Below the pieces are notes generated by a model. It saw only the letters and a program-made list of their open reading frames with translations. It had not been told where the DNA came from and made no database searches. Source: Spirochaetales bacterium (GTDB lineage Bacteria; Spirochaetota; Spirochaetia; SZUA-6; JAFGRV01). Taken from it: a DNA stretch of 49,202 nucleotides. The DNA is taken from positions 1 through 49,202 of the forward strand of contig JAFGRV010000402.1 in assembly GCA_016934975.1 (NCBI GenBank). The letters are read 5' to 3'. Below, piece by piece: positions 39,745 through 49,070 of the stretch (positions are counted from its first letter, which is position 1; the number at the start of each line of letters is the position of its first letter). Made by a program: the position numbers and the translations under genes.

Positions 39745-41426
39745 TGAGAAAACAATTATTTTTAATATTTATTTTATTTCTGCTTATACCCATCATCCTT
39801 TCAGGTCAGACACTGGATCCTTTCAGCTCCAGGATTAAAATATCCCCCCAAAACTACAAATCGAGTTCCTGGCTCAGGGTTCCCCTTATCACCTGGGGTG
39901 CGGACATCGTCACTATTCAGGCAAATGGGGGGAAAACGAAAACAACATCAGGCTCTCCCTTCGATAAACAGGGGCTTAAAGTTGAAATTTTCAGGGAAGA
40001 TAATTTCCAGAAACAAGTAGAAATGTATTTAAAGGGGGAGATTGTTTTTTTACGGGGAACCATGGGGATGATTAATATGGCGGCAGATGTAACGGAAAAG
40101 AACAATAAAACAAAACAGGTTGTCATTTATCAGCATTCCTGGTCTGCCGGTGGGGATGCCCTGGTGGTAAAAGCGGGAATTCGAAGCATAAAGGACTTAA
40201 AAGGTAAGACAATCGCGATTCAAAGCTACGGCCCGCATGTGGATTATATGATGAAACTGTTAAGTGACGCAAACCTCTCTATCGGTGATGTCACTATTTT
40301 GTGGACAAAAGATCTTGTCGGTCCCGAAGGCGATACTCCCATGGCCAAATTTTATAAAAGTAATGTCCAGGCGGCATTTCTTATTACCCCCGATGCCCTT
40401 GCACTTTCATCGGACGGAACAGTCGGTACCGGCGCAGAGGATTCGGTGAAAGGGGCTAAAATCCTGCTCTCTACAAAAACGGCAAACCGGGTTATCAGTG
40501 ATGTCTATTCGGTGAGAAAGGATTTTTTTGACGCGAATAAGGACAAGGTCATGAAATTTGTCCATGCCCTCTTTATCGCGGAAGAAGAAGTAAGAGATAT
40601 TTTTAAGGATTCCAAGAACGCGGCATATAGAAATCTGATGACCAACGGAGGAACGATTTTATTGGACAGTGCGTCGGCGGGAGCAGATGTTGCTGGGTTA
40701 TACTATGATGCGGAACTCACCGGATTTAACGGGAATGTGAAATACTTTAAAGATACGACATACCCGAGAAATTTTACAAAACATACCGCTGAAATTCAGA
40801 AATCCTTTATCCAGTTAAAACTCTTAAGCAAATCAATAACTCTCAGTCAGGCGAACTGGAATTATACCGATTTCAAGAGCGGCCTGAAATATGCCGATGT
40901 AAAAGAGGCCTCCAAGTTTGATTCGGATCAGGTAACGGAAGTAATCGCAAAAAAACAGATGCAGGATACCCTGGATGAATCGGCTCTCTTTTCCTTTATG
41001 ATCTTTTTTAAACCGAATCAGAATACCTTTTCCGTCGACTTATACCAGAAGGAGTTTGACAAGGTAATTGAACTTTCCGCAACATACGGAGGGGCAATTA
41101 TTACCGTGGAAGGTCATTCCGATCCCATGGAATACTTGCGTAAAAAGAAACAAGGAGCACAACCTGTCGTCCTTAACCAGATAAAACAAGCGGCTAAGAA
41201 TTTAAGCTATTCACGGGCAAATGCCGTACGGGATGAAATAATCGGATATGCATCCCATCAGGGTATTACCCTGGATCCAAACCAATTTGCATCTATCGGA
41301 TATGGTATAACCAAACCATTGTATGAAAGTCCGAAAACCGAGGAACAGTGGTTATCTAATATGAGGGTAGAGTTTAAGTTAATCCAGGTAGAAGCAGAAT
41401 CGGACGTTTTTGTTCCGCTTGATTAA
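39744..41426 (+). CDS. Exported NMT1/SsuA-like solute-binding domain fused to an OmpA-like peptidoglycan-binding domain
   Basis: Signal peptide; SAGGDALVV and DLKGKTIA; C-terminal VEGHSD...NLSYSRANAV...GYG...NMRVEF. Confidence 0.85.
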   Translation: MRKQLFLIFILFLLIPIILSGQTLDPFSSRIKISPQNYKSSSWLRVPLITWGADIVTIQANGGKTKTTSGSPFDKQGLKVEIFREDNFQKQVEMYLKGEIVFLRGTMGMINMAADVTEKNNKTKQVVIYQHSWSAGGDALVVKAGIRSIKDLKGKTIAIQSYGPHVDYMMKLLSDANLSIGDVTILWTKDLVGPEGDTPMAKFYKSNVQAAFLITPDALALSSDGTVGTGAEDSVKGAKILLSTKTANRVISDVYSVRKDFFDANKDKVMKFVHALFIAEEEVRDIFKDSKNAAYRNLMTNGGTILLDSASAGADVAGLYYDAELTGFNGNVKYFKDTTYPRNFTKHTAEIQKSFIQLKLLSKSITLSQANWNYTDFKSGLKYADVKEASKFDSDQVTEVIAKKQMQDTLDESALFSFMIFFKPNQNTFSVDLYQKEFDKVIELSATYGGAIITVEGHSDPMEYLRKKKQGAQPVVLNQIKQAAKNLSYSRANAVRDEIIGYASHQGITLDPNQFASIGYGITKPLYESPKTEEQWLSNMRVEFKLIQVEAESDVFVPLD

Positions 41427-41445
41427 AGAAAGGAAGGGGTAAACT

Positions 41446-42210
41446 ATGAATAAAAATTCCGGAGGTATTGTTTTTCTTATTATCATTGGTATTATTGGAT
41501 TCATCATTATAAGTATTATTTTAGAAGAAAATGATGCAAATAATGTGAGTGTCACCACACCCTATGATACGGACGTGACGGAAACAGAGGCAACCCAGAC
41601 AGGATGGCCCCCTGGTATCGATAATCCGAACATGGAACTTGCGGAGAATAAACTGAAAAAGAACTACTATCTTATCCTTGACGGCTCGGGGAGTATGAGC
41701 GGGGAAAAAATGAAAACCGCGAAAAAGGCTTTAAGCAGGTTTATCAACCTTGTCCCGGATGACGCGAACATCGGGTTGGCGGTTTTTGATTCCGGAGGAC
41801 TTTCCGAGAGAGCGCCCCTTGGATCATCAAAGGAACAGCTCGTGAACCAGATACAGAGAGTTAATGCCAGCGGATACACTCCCCTGGAAAGTTCTTTAGC
41901 CCTGGCGTATAAACAGATAAATAAACAGGCTGCCCGGCAGTTGGGATACGGGGAGTATAATATTGTCGTTGTGACAGACGGTGAAGCGAGTGACGGAGAA
42001 GAACCGGGCCCTATTGTGAATGAAATATTACGTGAAAGCCCGGTGGTTATTCATACCATCGGATTTCAAATCGGGGAACAGCACTCCCTGAATCAACCCG
42101 GGAGAATTCTCTATAAATCGGCAAATAATCTTGAGGAACTGAGCGCCGGCCTTGGAGACGTCCTTGCGGAGATGGAAGATTTCAGTGTTACGGAATTTGA
42201 TGGAAATTGA
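41446..42210 (+). CDS. Membrane-anchored vWA domain protein
   Basis: N-terminal TM helix; MIDAS DGSGS, GYTPL, VVTDG and HTIGF. Confidence 0.9.
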   Translation: MNKNSGGIVFLIIIGIIGFIIISIILEENDANNVSVTTPYDTDVTETEATQTGWPPGIDNPNMELAENKLKKNYYLILDGSGSMSGEKMKTAKKALSRFINLVPDDANIGLAVFDSGGLSERAPLGSSKEQLVNQIQRVNASGYTPLESSLALAYKQINKQAARQLGYGEYNIVVVTDGEASDGEEPGPIVNEILRESPVVIHTIGFQIGEQHSLNQPGRILYKSANNLEELSAGLGDVLAEMEDFSVTEFDGN

Positions 42211-42252
42211 TCCTGGAGTTTCGATTGTTTTTTGTTACTGTTCAGGTTTTTT

Positions 42253-42340
42253 GAAACCGCAGATGCACACGAATACACGCAAATATGAGGATCTATACTG
42301 TTTTTCTTATCTGCGTTCATCTGCGTGAATGTGCGGTTCC
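42253..42340. repeat. REP-like inverted repeat built from decamer units
   Basis: aaccgcagatgcacacgaatacacgcaaat ... atctgcgttcatctgcgtgaatgtgcggtt. Confidence 0.75.
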
Positions 42341-42395
42341 ATTTCCGAAGCTGAATGGATACAATTTTTTTTATAAATGAATATAAGGATTTAAT

Positions 42396-43949
42396 ATGAG
42401 TAAACATGCTATTGTGGCGATTATTATTGTCATTGTCGGGATATTGGGAATTTTTATTTTTAAACTTGCTATTCCACTGATTGAAAAACAGTTTACCTAC
42501 GGAACCTCGGATGCAAAAAATGTAAAGGGTGAAGTTACGATTGCAGTTGATAGCTGGATCGGATATTTCCCTTTACAATCCCCTGTTTTTAAAAAACTCA
42601 TGAGGGATAATGAGTACAAAGTAACGATTATTGATGATGAAGCAAATTACCCGTTACGGATGGAACGGTTAAAAAAAGATGAGATTGATTTCGCGGTCTG
42701 CACCATCGATTCATATCTTTTAAACGGGAAATCCGAGGATTTCCCGGGGACAATTGTCGCAGTGATTGATGAATCCAAGGGCGGCGATGCCATGGTCGCA
42801 TGGAAAGACAAGATCGACAGCATCGACAAATTAAAAACCCTCACGGATTATAAAATCGCCTTTACCACCGCTTCCCCATCGGAACATCTCCTGAAAGCCA
42901 TCGGCGTTCACTTTGGGATTGACAACCTTCTTGATAAAAAGGGAAAGTGGCGGGTGGAAACAGCCGGTGCCGGGCAGGCATATAAAAAGCTGATGAAAAA
43001 AGATGTGGATATTGCGGTGATTTGGGAGCCCCATGTCACGGAGAGTCTATCAAATCCCGCTATTGTAAAATTATTGGGAACGGAAGATACGGAAAAACTG
43101 ATTGTTGATATTCTCCTGGTAAACCGTCCGTTCAGTAAAGCAAAACCGGATATCACAAAGCTTGTGGTAGAAAAATTTTATGAAACCTTAAAGATTTATG
43201 AAGATGACCCTGCCCTGCTCAAGGAAGATCTTAAGCGCCATACGAAAATGAAAGAGGATAAAATAGACTCGATGCTGAAAGGAGTCCGGTGGGTAAACCT
43301 CCAGGAAAACGCTTTATGGTTCGGCCTCGATAAAAGCAGCACAAGCTACCGGGAAGAACTTCCTTTATCAATCGATTCGACCATAGAAATTCTTGTGGGA
43401 AACAAAGATTTTGATATGAATCCCCTTCCCAACAAAGATCCTTACACGATCATTAATTCATCATTCCTGGAACAAATTTATCTTTCCGGATTAGTGGCTG
43501 CCGATCCTCAGGCGACGGATTACGCAAACTCCCTGGAAAAACCCTTTTCCGCACTCACCGCCGAGCAATGGGATAAACTCAAAGTCGTCGGATCTCTTAA
43601 GCTCAGACCCATCACTTTCAGCAGCGGGACTTCGGATCTTGATGAAATGGGCGAAATGCAGCTGGATGTTATCGTAGAGAATATCAAGCATTACCCGAAT
43701 TTTAGAATTGTCGTGAAAGGCCATTCGGGCACCCGGGGAGACGATCAGGCAAACCTCCGGCTTTCCCAGGAACGGGCGGATGCCGTGAAAGCCTATATGA
43801 TACGTTATTATAATATTTCGGAAAACCGGATCAGGGCGATAGGACGGGGGAATACCGAACCCCTTGCCCGGCAGCCGGATGAATCGAGCAGGTCCTATGA
43901 AGACCGGCTTAAACGAGTGGAAATATACCTGGTCTCCGCGCGTCTTTAG
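42396..43949 (+). CDS. Membrane-anchored NMT1-like solute-binding domain fused to an OmpA-like domain
   Basis: N-terminal TM helix; WIGY, DESKGGDAMV and WEP; C-terminal KGHSG.RGD..ANL.LSQERA.AV...RVEI. Confidence 0.87.
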   Translation: MSKHAIVAIIIVIVGILGIFIFKLAIPLIEKQFTYGTSDAKNVKGEVTIAVDSWIGYFPLQSPVFKKLMRDNEYKVTIIDDEANYPLRMERLKKDEIDFAVCTIDSYLLNGKSEDFPGTIVAVIDESKGGDAMVAWKDKIDSIDKLKTLTDYKIAFTTASPSEHLLKAIGVHFGIDNLLDKKGKWRVETAGAGQAYKKLMKKDVDIAVIWEPHVTESLSNPAIVKLLGTEDTEKLIVDILLVNRPFSKAKPDITKLVVEKFYETLKIYEDDPALLKEDLKRHTKMKEDKIDSMLKGVRWVNLQENALWFGLDKSSTSYREELPLSIDSTIEILVGNKDFDMNPLPNKDPYTIINSSFLEQIYLSGLVAADPQATDYANSLEKPFSALTAEQWDKLKVVGSLKLRPITFSSGTSDLDEMGEMQLDVIVENIKHYPNFRIVVKGHSGTRGDDQANLRLSQERADAVKAYMIRYYNISENRIRAIGRGNTEPLARQPDESSRSYEDRLKRVEIYLVSARL

Positions 43950-43961
43950 GAGTGATATAAG

Positions 43962-44810
43962 ATGGAAAAAAATAAGAGTCTCATGAAGATTGATTTTTCT
44001 CAGGCAGCGATACAAAAAGCGGTCCGTGCAAAAATTATTCAGAATCCCGTGTCAGTATACACTACGGCCTTCGGTACGGTGGGAGTCATTGCTTCGTCTA
44101 TTCTCTTTCCCAGTCTGTTGCTTACTATTTGTTCTGCCGGACTCATCAGCTTCGGAATTATCAGCGGTATTGTTAATTTCGCCGCAAGAAAAAGCATATT
44201 TGAGACAAAACATCTTGCGTACTTAAATACGCTTATTGATAAAGAAAAACAGATGGTCCTTAAGCGGCTGCAGCGGGAATTAAAAAAACTCTCCGCATCC
44301 AAAGAGCTAAAAGTATTTTCGAATCAGGCGGTCAGGCAGTATGAAAAAATACAGACAAAGTTTGATAATTTCAAACGAATCCTCTCGGAAAAATTTGATA
44401 CATCGGAGATAAGCTATGGAAGATTTTTCGGTACAACCGAGCAGCTTTACCTTTCCGTACTGGACAATCTGGAGGATATCATGAACTCCCTCGGGACGAT
44501 CAGCAATATTGATGACGGATATATAAACGAACGTCTCACCTATCTCGCAAGTCTTGAATCACCGGAAGAAGCGGATAAAAGAGAAAAGGAGACGCTCCTC
44601 ACCCGGAAAGATTTAAAGGAAAAAACCCTCATACGGGTGAATGAGCTGCTGACAATAAATGAAGAAGCCATGACTCAGATCGATCTGTCTATGGCCACAA
44701 TCTCGCAGATTAAAACAAAAATGGGGCGGGCCTCCATTGATATGGAAGTTGCGCGGAAAGACCTTGAGGAGCTCATTAATAGAACAAAGAATTATTCCAT
44801 AAGTAAGTAA
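43962..44810 (+). CDS. Two-TM coiled-coil protein, XpaC-like partner of TelA
   Basis: Two N-terminal TM helices and a long helical cytoplasmic region, directly upstream of telA. Confidence 0.6.
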   Translation: MEKNKSLMKIDFSQAAIQKAVRAKIIQNPVSVYTTAFGTVGVIASSILFPSLLLTICSAGLISFGIISGIVNFAARKSIFETKHLAYLNTLIDKEKQMVLKRLQRELKKLSASKELKVFSNQAVRQYEKIQTKFDNFKRILSEKFDTSEISYGRFFGTTEQLYLSVLDNLEDIMNSLGTISNIDDGYINERLTYLASLESPEEADKREKETLLTRKDLKEKTLIRVNELLTINEEAMTQIDLSMATISQIKTKMGRASIDMEVARKDLEELINRTKNYSISK

Positions 44811-44894
44811 AAGAAGTAAAAGAGAGAACATGGTTCTTCATGAACCAGGACATAAATTTTCAAGAGATTTAAAATGCAACGAGGAGGCAATATT

Positions 44895-46094
44895 ATGGCA
44901 GAATATCAGCTGGCAACCCTTCCGGATACGAAAACCCTTAAAAAAGAAATGGGGATTGGAACAGGGGAGCTCGTCACAGTTGAGAGCAAAACTGTTCAGG
45001 TTCTGGATAAAGAAGCGGATGATTTTGTGGATAACCTTATCAACCTCTCTATGGATAAGGTTGATGATCAGGAAATCAGGAAACTCTCTGTAGAAAATAT
45101 CGGCATGAAAGTTCAGAAAGATGCTGCTGCCAAAAGTCAGATGCTTCAGAGGCCGATAAAAGAACTCTCCACACGGAGTGAAGACGGCGGTGAGGTTGCG
45201 AATGCCCTTATCGATCTGAAGATGCAGGTGGAGGCCCTTGATCCCGGAAAATTTGATTTCGGCAAACCCGGGTGGTTTACCAGAATGGTGGGAAATCTTC
45301 CTTTTATAGGGAGCACCCTCAAGCGCTATTTCAGCCGGTATGAAAAATCCCAGACGATTATAAATGCCATCATCAATTCCCTTAAAAACGGGAAAGAACG
45401 ACTTACCCGGGATAATATGATGCTTGTGGAAGATCAGAAAGCCATGCGGGAAATGACGATCCGACTGGAAAAAGCGGTGAAACTCGGTCAGCTTATCGAT
45501 GCAAAACTACAGTATAAACTGGAACGGGAAATCGAACCGGATGATCCCAAGCACAAATTCGTAAGCGACGAGCTGATCTTTCCCCTGCGCCAGAGAATCA
45601 TGGATTTGCAGCAGCAGCTTGCCGTGAATCAGCAGGGAGTACTTGCCATTGAAATTATTCGAAGGAACAATAAGGAACTTATCCGGGGTGTGGACAGGGC
45701 GGTAAATGTAACGGTAAATGCCCTCCAGGTCGCGGTCACCGTGGCACTTGCTTTGAATAATCAACGTATCGTACTGGATAAGATTAATGCGGTGAATATT
45801 ACCACATCAAACCTTATCGCCTCCACGGCGCGGCAGCTTAAAGAACAGGGCGCGGATATTCAAAAACAGGCATCCGAGAGCATGCTCAGCGTCGAGGCGC
45901 TCAAATCGGCCTTCAGTGATATCAGTACTGCCATGGATGAAATTTCAAAATACAGGCAGGATGCCCTTCCCAAAATGGCCCAAACAATAATCGAATTTGA
46001 TGATCTTTTGGGCAAAGGTGAAGCACGAATAAAAGACCTCGAAAAAGGGAATAAGACCAATCCTGCTTTTACCTTAAGTGTGGATAAGGAATAA
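44895..46094 (+). CDS. telA: Toxic anion resistance protein (TelA/KlaA/YaaN family)
   Basis: L..LDP...YFSRYEKSQ..IN.I, RQRIMDLQQQLAV..QG and NNKELIRGV.RA; GGAGG SD before MAEYQL. Confidence 0.9.
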   Translation: MAEYQLATLPDTKTLKKEMGIGTGELVTVESKTVQVLDKEADDFVDNLINLSMDKVDDQEIRKLSVENIGMKVQKDAAAKSQMLQRPIKELSTRSEDGGEVANALIDLKMQVEALDPGKFDFGKPGWFTRMVGNLPFIGSTLKRYFSRYEKSQTIINAIINSLKNGKERLTRDNMMLVEDQKAMREMTIRLEKAVKLGQLIDAKLQYKLEREIEPDDPKHKFVSDELIFPLRQRIMDLQQQLAVNQQGVLAIEIIRRNNKELIRGVDRAVNVTVNALQVAVTVALALNNQRIVLDKINAVNITTSNLIASTARQLKEQGADIQKQASESMLSVEALKSAFSDISTAMDEISKYRQDALPKMAQTIIEFDDLLGKGEARIKDLEKGNKTNPAFTLSVDKE

Positions 46095-46149
46095 TTTACG
46101 GGTATAAAACAAAAAGGTAAGATAAACTATTTTTACGGATCGGGGAAAA

Positions 46150-47154
46150 ATGGAAAATAAACTCTCGAAAATTATTCAAAAACGAACGGAAGATTCACAG
46201 AAAACATACTCTTTTAAAGAAGATCATAATCCGAGGATGCCGGCAGACTATTGGTTTCAGACATCTACTGAAGGACCTGTCCTCTTCCTGGTGTTTTTTA
46301 CCCAGGCCTGTAGATGGGCCAAATGTCTCGGATGCAACCTTCCTTCCAAGGTAACCCTGTCGCATATCGGATTCAGGGATATTATGAAGCAGACAAATTT
46401 CATCTTCATGAATCTTTTAAGCGACAGGCAGAAAATGAACTTGCGGAAAATTATTCTCTCCAACAATGGATCTGTTCTGGACGAGGAAACACTTTCCACC
46501 ACTGCCCTTCTTTATTTTATCGCCAGGATGAATATGGATTGTCCCAATATCAAAGTACTTACCATAGAAACGAGGCCGGAATATGTGGATCCGGCGGAAC
46601 TGGAGACGATCTACCGGGCGATCCGGGAAGGAGAAACTCCCACGGACCTGGAAATCGCCATCGGCTTCGAAGCCTTTGACGAAAAGATCCGGAATGAACA
46701 TTTTAAAAAAGGTCTTACCCTGGAAGTATTTGAAAAACTCGCGGAGATGCTCTCACGCTACAAATACAGGCTTAAAACCTACTTTATGCTCAAACCGGTT
46801 CCCGGTCTTTCCGAAGACGATGCCATAGCCGATATCGCGGCGGGAATACGCTACCTGGACTCAATCTCGGCAAAATACAATCTTGATATAAACATGCATC
46901 TGAACCCGACGTACGCGGCGATCGGCACACCTCTCGCAGACGCCTTCCACAATGGGACCTTTGTGCCCCCGACCCTCCAAAGCGTAAAAAAGGCCATAGC
47001 AGCAGCCGAGGGGACCCGGATATCGATCTTTGCCGGTTTAAACGACGAGGATCTCGCTGTTCCCGGGAGATCATTTATCCGGCCGGGAGACGAGGGTCTT
47101 ATCGATGTGATAGAACAATTTAACCGCACCCAGGATTTTACGTTGCTGCAATAA
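46150..47154 (+). CDS. Radical SAM protein of the RaSEA/TIGR01210-like (Elp3-related) type
   Basis: CRWAKCLGC, GSVLDE, ETRPEY, EIAIGFE...IRN...KG, KTYFMLKP and LNPT. Confidence 0.75.
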   Translation: MENKLSKIIQKRTEDSQKTYSFKEDHNPRMPADYWFQTSTEGPVLFLVFFTQACRWAKCLGCNLPSKVTLSHIGFRDIMKQTNFIFMNLLSDRQKMNLRKIILSNNGSVLDEETLSTTALLYFIARMNMDCPNIKVLTIETRPEYVDPAELETIYRAIREGETPTDLEIAIGFEAFDEKIRNEHFKKGLTLEVFEKLAEMLSRYKYRLKTYFMLKPVPGLSEDDAIADIAAGIRYLDSISAKYNLDINMHLNPTYAAIGTPLADAFHNGTFVPPTLQSVKKAIAAAEGTRISIFAGLNDEDLAVPGRSFIRPGDEGLIDVIEQFNRTQDFTLLQ

Positions 47155-47338
47155 TACCTCGGCTTCCGAACCTTTTACGTCCCGGACATAATAGTGTAAT
47201 GTAGGATCCACAAATTTAAAAAAACAGGTCCGGAGCATTTGCCCCACTACTTGTTCAGCCATTCCACCCTTATTAATAAGTAAAATTTCAGTTACAGTTT
47301 TTTCTTCTTATAACACTAAGCCGAGGATTCCTGCCAAG
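47155..47338 (-). pseudogene. Fragment of a DUF4143 (AAA ATPase C-terminal) gene
   Basis: LAGILGLVL*EEKTVTEILLINKGGMAEQVVGQMLR...LHYYVRDVKGSEAEV, with an internal stop. Confidence 0.65.
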
Positions 47339-47347
47339 TAGCTAAAT

Positions 47348-47423
47348 TATACGGTTGTTTTGGCTCGTAACTTGCTTTTTTATACGGTTGTTTTAACTAC
47401 TAACTTGCTTTTTTACAGGGTTG
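47348..47423. repeat. 33-bp tandem repeat, two copies plus a partial third
   Basis: tatacggttgtttt-N6-taacttgcttttt at 47348 and 47381. Confidence 0.85.
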
Positions 47424-48042
47424 ATACGATTGGTTTTTGTAATAAATTGTCAGTATAATTATAGGGCTCTCTGCTGATTTTTAGATAAACATCGGATTTA
47501 CCGCATGCATGCGGACGGATTCTACCGGATTTTATAAAGCGGTTATTGGGGGGAATATTTGAAAGTAAAAAGTAAGTATAAGAATAATTTGTGGTAATGA
47601 GGGGTTTACTATAAATCGGATGGTAATAATATTAAGACCTTTGTTTGAAAAAATAGTTGATATTTCTGCAACTTGTCATTATCATAAAAGGATGTGTTTG
47701 GACAGCTAAATATTGTATGATGAATTTCGTTGGTTTGGGTTTTTATGAATTTAGTATTATACAATGTTTATGACATTGCCTCGCCACCTGTAGGAAGGGA
47801 ATATATGGTAAAACAACCGGCATCCATGCCAGTTTAAACTTTAAGTTATTTTCTGGTTAAATGGAATTCTGTTTAAGCGGATATAATGCTCATATTATGG
47901 TATTATTTTTCATTTTAAAGGCATAATATATGAAAATGTATAAAATATTACTTTAAAAGATAAAATATTCCCAAATCGTTGAATGCAATTTAATAAGATG
48001 TTATACGGACCCTTTGGGCTTAGATGAATAAAAGGATTAATA

Positions 48043-49068
48043 ATGGATTACAATTTGAATGATTTGATAAAAATGACTACTTGGAATAATCCTACAATTA
48101 ATGTTTTAAAATCAGAATTTTATGATGATTATTCTCCATTAATAAAAGTAATCGATCTTGCTTTAAAGAAGAAACTCGAGGAAGCGACTTTGAATTTACC
48201 AGAAATACGTACATGTGGAAATGAAACAGTTGCTATTTTCTCAGATTATGGTGGCGAATCAGCAGATAGTAAATATCAATCATATTCATTAGTAGCTTTT
48301 GGATATAACCATAGTTATGGTTTATTTGAACAAGTAGAAGAAATAAGGAAAAAACATAAGTTAAATAAAGCAGAAATTGCATATAAGCAGTTTGGATATG
48401 GCCCTATACAAAGAGCTCTACCAGATTATTTAAAAGCAGTTGACTTTTTTGTATTCGGTTTATTATTAAACATCATTATAGATAAAAATTGTGGTAGCTT
48501 CTTTAGTATTACAAATAAAGTTGATAAAGAAATAATTGAATTACTCAAAAGTGAAAATTTGGGTTCATGGAAGCCAAAAATCGCAGAAAAGTTACTAAGG
48601 GTAATTCATATTTCTTCATATTTAATAGCATTATTAAGCAAAAACAATCAAAAAATATTCTGGATGTCTGATAATGATGCTATAGTTGCTAATCAAGAAA
48701 AACACTTACAATCTCTTACACTAATGCAACGCATTTTACCATTGTATACAGATAATAAATTTGAAATGATCGGAGGAGCCATACCCTTTGTGGAAAATGG
48801 TATTGGTTACTTAGATTTTTTAAGTATTGCTGACATATCAGCAGGAGCGATTGAACGTAGCTTTAGCTTACGAAAAGAAGATAACTCTGTTGATTTAAGT
48901 GATTCAGCAGAAAATGTTTTGTCATGGCTTGGAAAGGATGGAACAGGCATGCGAAAAATTACTTTGCTTATACAAAAACAAAAAAACAGATTATTTGCCA
49001 ATGAGGTAGTATTTAATACTGTAAATCGAGCTGGTTCAAAAAAAAGTATCACGATTAATTTGAAATAA
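48043..49068 (+). CDS. Hypothetical protein, possibly a DUF3800-like RNase H-fold protein
   Basis: Acidic motifs IFSDYGGE, MSDND and SIADISAG; AAGGA SD. Confidence 0.6.
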   Translation: MDYNLNDLIKMTTWNNPTINVLKSEFYDDYSPLIKVIDLALKKKLEEATLNLPEIRTCGNETVAIFSDYGGESADSKYQSYSLVAFGYNHSYGLFEQVEEIRKKHKLNKAEIAYKQFGYGPIQRALPDYLKAVDFFVFGLLLNIIIDKNCGSFFSITNKVDKEIIELLKSENLGSWKPKIAEKLLRVIHISSYLIALLSKNNQKIFWMSDNDAIVANQEKHLQSLTLMQRILPLYTDNKFEMIGGAIPFVENGIGYLDFLSIADISAGAIERSFSLRKEDNSVDLSDSAENVLSWLGKDGTGMRKITLLIQKQKNRLFANEVVFNTVNRAGSKKSITINLK

Positions 49069-49070
49069 AC

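Noticed and set aside
44830-45093. 87-aa ORF overlapping telA, and the many other short antisense or out-of-frame ORFs in the track
   Set aside because: Shadow ORFs of well-supported genes with no recognisable motifs.
47348-47423. Possible CRISPR array
   Set aside because: The units are directly tandem with only 6 variable bases, so there are no real spacers.
47501-47514. Perfect palindrome ccgcatgcatgcgg
   Set aside because: Isolated, with no associated promoter or gene, so no function can be supported.
47424-47999. Integron integrase upstream of the cassette
   Set aside because: No long ORF in the track, and no tyrosine recombinase motif seen in the parts I translated.
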